NCBI GenBank assembly: GCA_043814055.1
Contig: JBDRKL010000004.1
Coordinates: 86,246 to 150,245 of the forward strand
Reading direction: 5' to 3'
Source of the DNA: an archaeon
Lineage (GTDB): Archaea > Undinarchaeota > Undinarchaeia > Undinarchaeales > JBDRKL01
Length of the DNA stretch: 64,000 bases
Below the pieces are notes generated by a model that did not search any database, was not told the DNA's origin, and saw only the letters and a program-made list of their open reading frames with translations. The translations under genes were made by a program, and so were the position numbers. Every line of letters begins with the position of its first letter. Within the stretch, counting starts at the first letter, position 1. Of the stretch, positions 20,150 to 28,859 are shown in pieces.

Positions 20150-20961
20150 TCTGAATTGTCTTTGTCTATTCCGCACTTCAAAATCATCTTCCTATACTTC
20201 TCCGGTTCAGCAAATTTTTCAGTCAGTTCCAGATACTCTCCCACCAGTTCTTCACGCGCCGGCGCCTGACCTTTTTTAAGCCTGTCAAATATCGCAGGGT
20301 CTCGCACAGCTTCCCGTCCTATCATAACTCCTTTCACTCCCATGTTTTTTAGAAACTCCACCTGCTTTTTTGTGTGTATGTCGCCGTTCGCGATTATGTT
20401 TTTTCCTGTTTCCACGCACTCTTCATAAACTGAAAAATCAGCAGGCTCCGCGCTGGTCTGCGTGCCGTGCCTTGCGTGGACCACGAAGAACTCTGCGTCA
20501 ACTCCACTAATCAGATTCAGGTAAACCTTGTTCTCCTTGTCCCTCTGATTTAGGCCGAGTCGCATCTTCACAGATGCCTTGAACCCGTGGTCCCTAAACA
20601 TATCCAACAGTTTCTTGGTCTTTGCCACGCGCCTAACCAGCGCGCACCCCTGCCCTTCTCTTATTACTTCAGGGCTCGGGCAGCCAAGGTTGAGGTTGAA
20701 CCCCTCAAAACCTTTTGGCGGCTCAAACATAGCGAGAAACTGCGTGAACTGCGACTCGCTGACTCCAAGGAGCTGGGCGACCACAGGCGTCTCGTCCTTG
20801 AAATCAAGGCGGGACCAGGTGAGCTTGTTCTTCCGCGCGAGCCCGCCTACTTTTACCAGCTCTGTGAATGTGAGGTCAGCGCCGTGCCTGTGGCAAAGCG
20901 TTCTGAACGCGTTGCTGGTGATACCCTCCATCGGAGCCAGCATATACTGGAATTCATTCAT
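20146..20961 (-). CDS. tRNA-dihydrouridine synthase (Dus family)
   Basis: LAPMEGIT, NLNLGCPS, SVKMRLG, VHAR, IANGDI, GVMIGR. Confidence 0.9.
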   Translation of the reverse strand: MNEFQYMLAPMEGITSNAFRTLCHRHGADLTFTELVKVGGLARKNKLTWSRLDFKDETPVVAQLLGVSESQFTQFLAMFEPPKGFEGFNLNLGCPSPEVIREGQGCALVRRVAKTKKLLDMFRDHGFKASVKMRLGLNQRDKENKVYLNLISGVDAEFFVVHARHGTQTSAEPADFSVYEECVETGKNIIANGDIHTKKQVEFLKNMGVKGVMIGREAVRDPAIFDRLKKGQAPAREELVGEYLELTEKFAEPEKYRKMILKCGIDKDNSD

Positions 20962-21099
20962 GCCAATAACTTGAAACGCGGATTATATAAGGTTTATACC
21001 GGCGCAGAAACAGCAGAGCGCTGTATAAATCAATGTATAATCTCAAAGAACCGCCGCGTCCCAGATAAGTATTTAAGCAAAAGTTTTCATAGATATTTT

Positions 21100-21813
21100 A
21101 TGAAGGAATTCGATGTGTTGCCCTGCCCAAAGTGCAAAGGTTATTCTCTTGAAGGGGCTAAAATCCAGGTTAAGGATGGCAGGATACGCATAGTCCACAC
21201 GGACTGCGGTGGCCGGCCCGCGGTTGCTGTAACCAAGATTTCCAAAAACGTTTTGTTTGAGCTCAAAACCTGTTTGAAAGATTTCAAGCTTTCAAGCAAG
21301 AAGGGATTTGAGCAACCAGGACTGGAGCTCTGGTGGGATATCTTCTCCGCTGTCCTAAACTCACTAAGTTCTGAAGTTTTCAAAGAAAAAGGGGAGTACG
21401 CGGAAGAGAAGGCTGTAATACTCATTAAAACCATACAAATGGCTGAGAAGTATCTGTGGAGTTATGTAGACCTAGACCCATCGCGTATTCGAGAAATCAA
21501 TCAGGACAATTATAAAAAATTCCGGGAAGGTATGCTGAAGCAAATGTCAGAGTTGCTTGGTGAGTCGGTTGAAATTGATACCGATGTAATCCGCGCCAGG
21601 GTCAAAGAGTTTGCAGACAATAAATTCAACCCTGAGAGCATTACCGATTGGTGGAGATCTGACTTTCGCATCGTAAGGCAGTTCATCTTAGATGTAAAAG
21701 AACTCGATATGAATTCTGCTGGAAAATCAGAGCTCATATCTTATCTCCTTATTATGGAGATGTACTACGGGCCTATCCTTGCCTATGATGAAATAACAGT
21801 GCAAAGTAAATAA
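21100..21813 (+). CDS. Hypothetical protein with N-terminal CxxC...HxxC Zn module
   Basis: Likely start ATG 21100 (MKEFDVLPCPKC); the upstream part of the listed ORF overlaps dus. Confidence 0.65.
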   Translation: MKEFDVLPCPKCKGYSLEGAKIQVKDGRIRIVHTDCGGRPAVAVTKISKNVLFELKTCLKDFKLSSKKGFEQPGLELWWDIFSAVLNSLSSEVFKEKGEYAEEKAVILIKTIQMAEKYLWSYVDLDPSRIREINQDNYKKFREGMLKQMSELLGESVEIDTDVIRARVKEFADNKFNPESITDWWRSDFRIVRQFILDVKELDMNSAGKSELISYLLIMEMYYGPILAYDEITVQSK

Positions 21814-21974
21814 TGGTGCACTATGAGTTGCTTTAGCAGCCATGTGCTAATATAGGTTCTATAGCGCAAAGAAAGGTAATTATAAATAAGCACCAAGCTC
21901 GGCGCAGAGACGTGGAAGTGCGGCAGGTACAAAGAAAGATAGTTTATAAATAGTTCACTCTACATTATTTTATT

Positions 21975-24074
21975 ATGGTAAGCACGAAGAAAGCAATTAT
22001 TGTTATTGTTATTCTAGTTATCATACTTGTTGCACTTTTCCTAGTAGCTCTAGAGGCTGGCTGGTTGGACTCAATCAGTTTTGGCAGTGGCGGTGGAGGC
22101 GGTAGCGGTGGGAGCAGTACCCCGCGGCAAGGTGGTCAAACCACTTCAGCTAACTGGGGGAACATTATTATCCTTATCATAGTTATGGGCAGTCTTGGCG
22201 GGCTTGGCAAGGGTATAACAGGTACACAGCGCTACCAGAATTGGAAAGCTGGCAAGGATGAAGAGGGTGCAAAAACTCCTGACAAAAAGAAATCTAAAGC
22301 GGAAAAGGAGGCGGAAAAAAAGAAAAAGAAGGCGGAAAAGGAAGCTCAACAAAGGCTGAAGAAGGCAGACGAGGCGCGCAAGAAACAAGTAAAAGCCGAG
22401 GCGAAAGAGCGAAAAAAAGCCGAACAAAAACGTCTTCCACTTGAAGACATAAACCAAAAGACGAAAGCACGCTTCGGTGACCCTGGCAAAGTTCCTCTTT
22501 CTAAACGGGACATATGCCCGCACTGCGGAAATCTAATTTACAAAGGCACTAAAAAGTGTCCGCTCTGCAAAAAAGATCCTAGAAAGAAAGCTCAGAAGAA
22601 AACGAGAGACACTGCTTCTGCGTCTCAAGGTGCCTCCTCTTTTTGGACAACCTGCGAAAATTGCGGAAAGCCTCTTGGCAAGGATATGACAATCTGCGAG
22701 GTGTGCCACCACGCAGTTGGTCAGAAAGATTCTCCAAAGCAGCCAAAAGGCAAGGGGGCATCTCCTCCAGTGCACAGCGTTTCTAAATATTCAGAATCTA
22801 ATAAAATAAAATGCCATAACTGCTACAAGGAAATCTCAAAATATTCTGAGGTTTGCCCTCATTGTAACGCACGCCAAATTCCAGCAGAGCTTTCTGATCT
22901 TCATATCCCGCTGGAAAAAAAGAAGTTCTGGCCTTTTGGAAAAACAGTTGAGTTCGGCCACGCGCTGTTTGACGAGGACGGCAAGCCGATTCCAAACACG
23001 CCGCACGGCTCAACAATCATCTGTCCAAAATGTCATAAATCACTTATGATGTTCAAGGTCAAGCCGAATCACAGTGTGAAGGCCGCAGTCTGCCCAAACT
23101 GCAAGTTCAACGCGCTCAAGGACGACAAGCAACTGAAGGGGCTTTTTGAAAAGATAAAGCCGTGCCCATACTGCAAGAGCCACTCGCTCAAGCACACAGT
23201 TCTTATTTTAATCAAGCATCAAATCCCTGCCTCAGCTGGGACAAAGGAAGTGGACATTGGCATGTATGGAATTCACAGGGGCAGGTGCTTCACCGCTTAC
23301 TCCAAGCAAATTGGTAGCAGACCAGCACTTGAGATAACTAAAAAGCATCTTAAAGACCACTCAGAGACGGACTGGTATATACCTGGCAAATCTGCCGAGG
23401 CTATTTTGTCCGACGACGACTACGCTGGCTTACCTGACCACGGCGGACTGGCTGATGATGGTTATTCCAGGGAAACGGAAAATCAGGAAGCTTCACCTGA
23501 AAGTCTGACTGAGCAGCTCAGGCAAAAATACAAGGGCAGGATAAAGACTATTGGCTCAAACGAATCCGTGCGCTGCCCGAAGTGCAAGACGTTGGGCAAA
23601 ATCCTTTTCATCACATACGGCTACAACTCGCTCGCAGGAACTTACAGCGCAGTAGGCATCTGCGACAATTGTAAAGAGGAGCAAATCACAGTTGGCACCA
23701 AAATCCGCAAGTGCATAATCTGCGGCAACAAGTCGTTGCATTACGCAAAGGTTGCCGCTTCCTTCAAGGGGCTCACCTTGGTGCACAACGCGTGCTATGC
23801 CAAGCTGAAAAACAAAGACGACGCGCAATTTGAGAAACCCAGGAAGAAGCGGGAACAGAAGGAGGCCAAGAAAGTGCCCAAGACAGAATCAACCGAGAAG
23901 TCAGGCTTTTTCGCGCGGCTTTTTGGCCGTGGTGACAAAGAGGCGGATGAAGATGTGGGTGGAGCGGATGATATGGCAGGCATGGTCAAGTGTTCTAAAT
24001 GTGAAGCAATCATGCCCAAGGACGCTGATATCTGCTTTGAGTGCGGCGCTGATTTTACTGAGGATGATGAATAG
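21975..24074 (+). CDS. Membrane-anchored multi zinc-ribbon protein
   Basis: Two N-terminal hydrophobic segments, K/E coiled coil, more than 12 CxxC motifs. Confidence 0.75.
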   Translation: MVSTKKAIIVIVILVIILVALFLVALEAGWLDSISFGSGGGGGSGGSSTPRQGGQTTSANWGNIIILIIVMGSLGGLGKGITGTQRYQNWKAGKDEEGAKTPDKKKSKAEKEAEKKKKKAEKEAQQRLKKADEARKKQVKAEAKERKKAEQKRLPLEDINQKTKARFGDPGKVPLSKRDICPHCGNLIYKGTKKCPLCKKDPRKKAQKKTRDTASASQGASSFWTTCENCGKPLGKDMTICEVCHHAVGQKDSPKQPKGKGASPPVHSVSKYSESNKIKCHNCYKEISKYSEVCPHCNARQIPAELSDLHIPLEKKKFWPFGKTVEFGHALFDEDGKPIPNTPHGSTIICPKCHKSLMMFKVKPNHSVKAAVCPNCKFNALKDDKQLKGLFEKIKPCPYCKSHSLKHTVLILIKHQIPASAGTKEVDIGMYGIHRGRCFTAYSKQIGSRPALEITKKHLKDHSETDWYIPGKSAEAILSDDDYAGLPDHGGLADDGYSRETENQEASPESLTEQLRQKYKGRIKTIGSNESVRCPKCKTLGKILFITYGYNSLAGTYSAVGICDNCKEEQITVGTKIRKCIICGNKSLHYAKVAASFKGLTLVHNACYAKLKNKDDAQFEKPRKKREQKEAKKVPKTESTEKSGFFARLFGRGDKEADEDVGGADDMAGMVKCSKCEAIMPKDADICFECGADFTEDDE

Positions 24075-24105
24075 CCTCGCCCAAATTACATAACCTCTTA
24101 TTCCA

Positions 24106-24525
24106 ATGAAATTCACAAAACAATCCGACAATGAATACTTCGGCAGGTTTGAGGAGAACGAAGACCTCAAGCAAGCGCTCCTTGAGCTCTGCAAAACTGA
24201 AAACATTCAAAGCGGCTGGTTCACAATCATCGGCGCGGTGAAGAACTCTGAAATCGCATTCTATGACCAGGACCAGGGCAAATACCTGAATATGGCTCTT
24301 GACGAGCACGCTGAAATCATCAACTGCACAGGCAACGTCTCTTTGAACGAGGGCGAGCCGTTCGTGCACATGCACGCAACGCTCGCGGACAGGGAAGGCA
24401 GGGCATACGGCGGGCACGTGACGCGCGCAAAGGTCTTCGCCGCTGAGTTTTACATTAAAAAATTTGACAAGCCGGTTGAGCGCAGAAAGGACGAGTCAAT
24501 TGGACTGGGGCTGCTGGAGCCATGA
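24106..24525 (+). CDS. PPC domain (DUF296) protein
   Basis: IGAV, EIINCTGNVS, PFVHMHATL, GGHV. Confidence 0.9.
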   Translation: MKFTKQSDNEYFGRFEENEDLKQALLELCKTENIQSGWFTIIGAVKNSEIAFYDQDQGKYLNMALDEHAEIINCTGNVSLNEGEPFVHMHATLADREGRAYGGHVTRAKVFAAEFYIKKFDKPVERRKDESIGLGLLEP

Positions 24526-25067
24526 TTCACTTCGCAACAACAAACCCTGGGAAATTCAGGGAAGCAAAGGCTTTGTTTGAGAAAAACAATTTAGAACTCA
24601 GCCAGTTCAACGAAGAGCTCACTGAAATCCAGACCGATGATGTTGAGCAACTTGCCCTACACTCAGTCCGCGAGGCATACGAGAAGCTCAAGCAGCCTGT
24701 CTTCGTTGAGGACGCGGGCATTTTCATCAAATCGCTCAAGGGCTTCCCTGGTGTTTACAGCAAGCAGGCATACCTCACAATCGGCTTGAAAGGAATATTG
24801 AAACTTCTTGAAGGCGTTGAAGACCGGAGCGCAGAGTTCTGCGCGGTCATCGCATACAAGGACGGCTCCGGCGAAAAAGTATTTAAAGGAGTCTGCATAG
24901 GTAATATCTCCCGCGAAGTGCGCGGGCGAGGTGGTTTTGGTTTTGACCCTATATTCCTCCCGAAAGGGCGCGAAAAAACTTTCGCCGAGGATGTTGAAAC
25001 TAAATCCAACCTGTCTCATCGCGCGAACGCTTTGAGCAAATTAATTGGACATTTAAAAAATGGCTAG
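24522..25067 (+). CDS. rdgB: Non-canonical purine NTP pyrophosphatase (HAM1/RdgB)
   Basis: FATTNPGK, EDAG, GFPGVYS, GFGFDPIF, SHR. Confidence 0.93.
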   Translation: MIHFATTNPGKFREAKALFEKNNLELSQFNEELTEIQTDDVEQLALHSVREAYEKLKQPVFVEDAGIFIKSLKGFPGVYSKQAYLTIGLKGILKLLEGVEDRSAEFCAVIAYKDGSGEKVFKGVCIGNISREVRGRGGFGFDPIFLPKGREKTFAEDVETKSNLSHRANALSKLIGHLKNG

Positions 25068-25515
25068 AATGTATTCACGAAGGAAGGGGAAATCCGGCAG
25101 CAAGAAGCCGATTAGTTCAGAGACTCCAAAATGGGTCAAGATTCCTCCAAAGGATGTTGAAACCATCATAGTTGAGCTCGCGAACAACGGCAGGCACGAA
25201 GCCGAGATAGGCATAATCCTGAGGGACCAGCACGGAGTTCCAAGCGTCAAGAATGTGACTGAGAAGAGCATCTCCCAGATACTCAGGGAGAACAAGCTGG
25301 AGCAGCGCCTCCCAAGCGACTTGACCCATCTCATAATCAGGGCTGCAAAAATAAAGAACCATATGAAAGCGCACAAGCAGGATATGGACGGGAAGCGCGG
25401 CCTTCAGTTGACCGAATCAAAAATAAGGAGGCTAGCTAAGTACTACAAGGCTAATGGCGTTATTGAAAAAGACTGGCGCTACGAGAACGAGCGGCTTGAA
25501 TTCCTAGGCGGATAA
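25060..25515 (+). CDS. rps15: 30S ribosomal protein S15 (uS15)
   Basis: MARMYSRRKGKSGS, IGIILRDQHG, ESKIRRLAKYYK. Confidence 0.97.
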   Translation: MARMYSRRKGKSGSKKPISSETPKWVKIPPKDVETIIVELANNGRHEAEIGIILRDQHGVPSVKNVTEKSISQILRENKLEQRLPSDLTHLIIRAAKIKNHMKAHKQDMDGKRGLQLTESKIRRLAKYYKANGVIEKDWRYENERLEFLGG

Positions 25516-25517
25516 AA

Positions 25518-26147
25518 ATGGCAAGGGAAACAGTTGACAAGTGGAAGAGCAAGAAATTCTTTGATGTTGTAGCCCCGCCGCTATTCAGGAACGCTGTCAT
25601 AGGGCAGACAATCGCATCAGACATTCGCAAAGTCCCGGGCCGAATAGTAATGGCCAACTACAGCACAATCATAGGCGATCCGAACTCAAGGAACAACAAG
25701 GTCAAGCTCAAGTTCAAAATCACAGGTGTCAAGGGCGAGAAGGCAGAGACAGAGTTCCTTGGTCACGCGCTTGTCCAGGACTATCAGCGCAGTTTGGCGA
25801 GGCGCAGGACGAGCAAGGTATACAAGAATCAGGTAGTCACCACAAAGGACGGAAAAAGACTTCGCGTGAAATCAATTATTGTTACAACTAGGCAGGTTAA
25901 GAAGTCAATGAAGAGCGAGCTTGGCAAGAAACTTCTTGAGTTCATGGCTGAGGATGCAAAGCAGTACAATTACAATGAATTCATCAATGACGCAGTTTCT
26001 GGCAGGATTTCAATGCGAATGAAGAAAGGGCTTTCCAAGTTCTACCCGCTCAGGCACGCAGTGGTTGAAAAGACCGAAGTTATTAAGGAAGCTGTGAAGG
26101 CTGAGCCGAAGGTTGAAGAGAAGCCTGCAGAAGAGAAGAAGGAATAG
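25518..26147 (+). CDS. rps3ae: 30S ribosomal protein S3Ae (eS1)
   Basis: DKWKSKKFFDVVAP, DYQRSLARRRTSK, TKDG, YPLR. Confidence 0.95.
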   Translation: MARETVDKWKSKKFFDVVAPPLFRNAVIGQTIASDIRKVPGRIVMANYSTIIGDPNSRNNKVKLKFKITGVKGEKAETEFLGHALVQDYQRSLARRRTSKVYKNQVVTTKDGKRLRVKSIIVTTRQVKKSMKSELGKKLLEFMAEDAKQYNYNEFINDAVSGRISMRMKKGLSKFYPLRHAVVEKTEVIKEAVKAEPKVEEKPAEEKKE

Positions 26148-26148
26148 G

Positions 26149-26160
26149 AAGCTTTATTAA
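26149..26160 (+). promoter_or_regulatory. BRE/TATA promoter for the C/D sRNA
   Basis: AAGCTTTATTAA about 25 nt upstream of the predicted sRNA 5' end. Confidence 0.6.
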
Positions 26161-26181
26161 TTCTATAAGACACCATATTAC

Positions 26182-26247
26182 TTGCAGTGAAGAAGTGAAC
26201 ACCCTCTGATACCGCCCAAAGATGATGAGTATGGTAGCTTCTGAGCA
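26182..26247 (+). ncRNA. Box C/D guide sRNA
   Basis: C GTGAAGA (26187), 12-nt guide, D' CTGA (26206), C' ATGATGA (26222), 12-nt guide, D CTGA (26241), short terminal stem. Confidence 0.85.
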
Positions 26248-26836
26248 CTCAATGATTTTTTGGTCCAGCTTTTGCGCGAGTTTTGCGAGCGGAAAAGGTG
26301 GGTGCCAGCACCCTCTGATACCGCCCAAAGATGATGAGTATGGTAGCTTCTGAGCAATCTTTTTCCTTCCAATTTATCAAAAACGTCGGACGCACAGCGT
26401 CCGAGGCCAACGCGCTTCGCGCGTCTGGAGCTTGACCAAAAACAGTGCTGCTGCTTGATGTTTTTGAAGCAGCACGTGGCCGCTCTCCGCGGCCAGGCGG
26501 AGATAGCAGTAGCTTCTGAGCAATCGTTTTCACAAACTTCTATTGAGGCTTCGCCGATGGCGAATGCCTCTGCTCTGCCTCCGCGAGCAGGCGGAGCTTC
26601 TGAGCAATCTAAACTTTTATTTTTCACAAATTTGACCGAAGGCACCCGAATGGCTTGGTAATGCCACAGCATCACCAATTTTATGTGGCATGCTCTGCCT
26701 CCGCGAGCAGGCGGAGCTTCTGAGCAATCTAAACTTTTATTTTTCACAAATTTGACCGAAGGCATCCTACTTGCTCGGTAGTCCCGCAGCATCAAAAATT
26801 TCTTGCGGGACAAAGTGCCGCCTGATTTTTCAGGCG
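26200..26836 (+). repeat. Array of hairpin cassettes separated by copies of the sRNA 3' end
   Basis: 48-bp direct repeat 26200-26247/26309-26356; AGCTTCTGAGCA recurs at 26511, 26595 and 26715; 74-bp direct repeat 26571-26644/26691-26764. Confidence 0.85.
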
Positions 26837-26840
26837 AACG

Positions 26841-26853
26841 AAAGCTTTATATA
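26841..26853 (+). promoter_or_regulatory. BRE/TATA promoter for the hairpin-array RNA
   Basis: AAAGCTTTATATA, consensus archaeal promoter with no ORF downstream. Confidence 0.7.
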
Positions 26854-26874
26854 CCCTCACGGATTACTAGATTT

Positions 26875-27190
26875 CCCCTCCGGGGGTCTGACTGTATTGG
26901 GGAGGCATTTCCAATCTCTCAGAACAAGCTTGGGTTGAGGTGGGATCTGTGAAAGCCTTCGGGCTTACATGGAATTTATCTTGACCCACTCTAAGATTGG
27001 ACTGGGTGGGGGAACGCGAAACCTTCGGGCGACGCGCAATTCAACCCGGTCCACTCTAAACTTGGATTGGGGTTGGACATGTAAAATTTTCGGATTTTAT
27101 GCGAAAGATCTCAATCCACTCTAACCTGGACCAGGTGGGAGAGCGCGAAAGTTTCGGCAGACGCGTAATTTAACTTGGTCCACTCTTCTT
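26875..27190 (+). ncRNA. Putative structured ncRNA of about 310 nt: leader plus four tandem UUCG-capped hairpins
   Basis: Units 26931-26988, 26998-27053, 27063-27118 and 27127-27182 run TGG...TTCG...CCA with linker CTCTAA; compensatory changes and G-U pairs on the + strand. Confidence 0.8.
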
Positions 27191-27227
27191 CTCAAAGTTT
27201 TTAAAGAGGCAGTCACTACACTATCTG

Positions 27228-28589
27228 ATGGACTCCATCCTTAAAGAGGTTCTCAAGCGGGCTACGCCGACCGAGGCAGAGCACAAGAAATTGGAAAGCT
27301 TTGCCCAGCAGGTTGTCAGGAAACTCAAGGCAGCCGGCTACAGGGCAGACGTAGAGGGCTCTATCGCAAAGGACACCTGGGTTTCAGGCACGCACGATGT
27401 TGATATTTTCATGTTTTTTGAGCCAGGAGTTCCAAGAAGCAAACTGGAAAAGGATGGCATAGCAGCTGGCAAGAAAATCATAAAAGGGCTCGGCGGCAGC
27501 CCAGTGATTGCGTATGCCGAGCACCCTTATGTGAAAGGTGCTATTGGGAATTTCAACCTTGATATAGTCCCCTGCTATTCAATCAAAAAGACCGAGGAGC
27601 TTCAGTCCGCGGTTGACAGGACACCGTTCCACACCGCTTACATAAAGAAAAACCTCACCAAAAAGCAGATGGGTGAGACGCGCCTGCTCAAGCAATTTAT
27701 GAAAGGCGTCGGCGTGTACAGCGCCAAGGAAAAAGTGCGCGGCTTTTCAGGTTATCTCTGCGAGCTTTTAATCCTTGAGTACAAGGACTTCATGGGCGTT
27801 GTGAGAGCTGCCAAGAACTGGAAGTACGGCACGGTCATAGACCTAGAAAAGTTCTACAAGGGCAGGGAGGCATTTAACCTGTTCAAGCACTCCCTCGTCG
27901 TGATAGACCCAATAGACAAGGACAGGAATGTTGCAGCCGCGGTTGAGAATGACAACTTTGAGCGTTTTTCATTTGCGTGCAGCGAGTTCCTCGCGAAGCC
28001 GTCTAAAAAATTCTTTTACCCTGAAAATGTTCAAGTTCTTAGCAAAGGCGAGTTGAAAAAGAAACTTGAAAAGCACGGCGAACTATTCGTGGTCAAGTTT
28101 AAGACGCCAAAACTCATAGAGGACATTCTTTATTCTCAATTGAGGCGCAGTTTGGCTTCCTTAGTTAGGGCTGTGAAGGAAGAAGATTTTGAGGTTATTG
28201 ACTCGGCGTTCCACTCCGATGAGTATTCATATTTCTTACTTGAGCTAAAAACTGCAAAGCTACCGGGGATTAAAAAGCTTGACGGCCCTCCAATCCAGAT
28301 AAGTCAGGAACACCAAAAAAAATTCACGGACAAGTACAAGAAGCAAAAGCCATGGGTGGAGAAAGGCCGCTGGTATGTTGAAGTTCCTAGGGAATATGTC
28401 CAAGCTGTAAAGTTGCTCAAGCAGTTGCTCTCAAATCCGCGGCAGATTGGGATTGGAAAATATATATCAGACAGTCTTAAGAAAGATTATAAAATCCTTT
28501 CAGGCTCAGAATTGTCTAAGGAATACAAGGAAGAATTTGCAACGTTTTTAACGCAGTACTTGGTCAAGAAGAACTCCTGGAATTGGTAA
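27228..28589 (+). CDS. cca: CCA-adding enzyme (class I tRNA nucleotidyltransferase)
   Basis: GSIAKDTW...DVDIF, YAEHPYV, SAVDRTPFH, GFSGYLCELL, DPIDKDRNVAAA. Confidence 0.97.
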   Translation: MDSILKEVLKRATPTEAEHKKLESFAQQVVRKLKAAGYRADVEGSIAKDTWVSGTHDVDIFMFFEPGVPRSKLEKDGIAAGKKIIKGLGGSPVIAYAEHPYVKGAIGNFNLDIVPCYSIKKTEELQSAVDRTPFHTAYIKKNLTKKQMGETRLLKQFMKGVGVYSAKEKVRGFSGYLCELLILEYKDFMGVVRAAKNWKYGTVIDLEKFYKGREAFNLFKHSLVVIDPIDKDRNVAAAVENDNFERFSFACSEFLAKPSKKFFYPENVQVLSKGELKKKLEKHGELFVVKFKTPKLIEDILYSQLRRSLASLVRAVKEEDFEVIDSAFHSDEYSYFLLELKTAKLPGIKKLDGPPIQISQEHQKKFTDKYKKQKPWVEKGRWYVEVPREYVQAVKLLKQLLSNPRQIGIGKYISDSLKKDYKILSGSELSKEYKEEFATFLTQYLVKKNSWNW

Positions 28590-28590
28590 C

Positions 28591-28737
28591 TTAAATTTCT
28601 TCCTCTTCCACTGGAGTATCGTCTTGATCGTCGTTATATTCTTCGCTAGACTCACTGTCATCTTCCCAAAGATCTTCGTCGCCCTCTAGCTCATCTTCTT
28701 TTTCTTCGTCTTCAAGATAATCATCGTCCACCACCAT
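28591..28737 (-). CDS. Unannotated 48-aa highly acidic peptide
   Basis: MVVDDDYLEDEEKEDELEGDEDLWEDDSESSEEYNDDQDDTPVEEEEI; RBS GAGGTG and TATA (TTTATAAA, about 28790) upstream. Confidence 0.7.
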   Translation of the reverse strand: MVVDDDYLEDEEKEDELEGDEDLWEDDSESSEEYNDDQDDTPVEEEEI

Positions 28738-28809
28738 TAACACCACCTCAAAGTTTTTTGAACTGGGCTTCGTAATTACATAAATAGTTTATAAACCTTT
28801 CTAATTCCC

Positions 28810-28839
28810 AAAAAATAGAAAGGCGGCCCGGAGGCCGCC
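28810..28839 (-). terminator. Hairpin plus T-tract terminator after the Lys-rich peptide gene
   Basis: GGCGGCC-N4-GGCCGCC followed on the - strand by TTTCTATTTTTT. Confidence 0.6.
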
Positions 28840-28859
28840 AACATTATCACAAACTTCGT

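Noticed and set aside
20587-21099. N-terminal 171 aa of the 408-aa ORF
   Set aside because: Mostly antisense overlap with dus; an AT-rich promoter-like stretch precedes ATG 21100
26200-26764. CRISPR array
   Set aside because: Repeats vary from about 12 to 74 bp and are the sRNA 3' end; the intervening pieces are 60-150 bp and homologous to each other; no cas genes in the window
26178-26813. 211-aa and other ORFs across the repeat region
   Set aside because: They are translations of the repeats, antisense to the C/D sRNA, with no protein-like composition
26931-27182. Split-tRNA halves or tRNA genes
   Set aside because: No D or T loop consensus and no anticodon arm; the CCA is base-paired with the 5' UGG
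26875-27190. SRP RNA, RNase P RNA or H/ACA guide
   Set aside because: No SRP helix-8 GGAA/AGCAG motif, no GAGGAAAGUCC, no ACA box after the hairpins and no clear K-loop; a formal Rfam search is still needed
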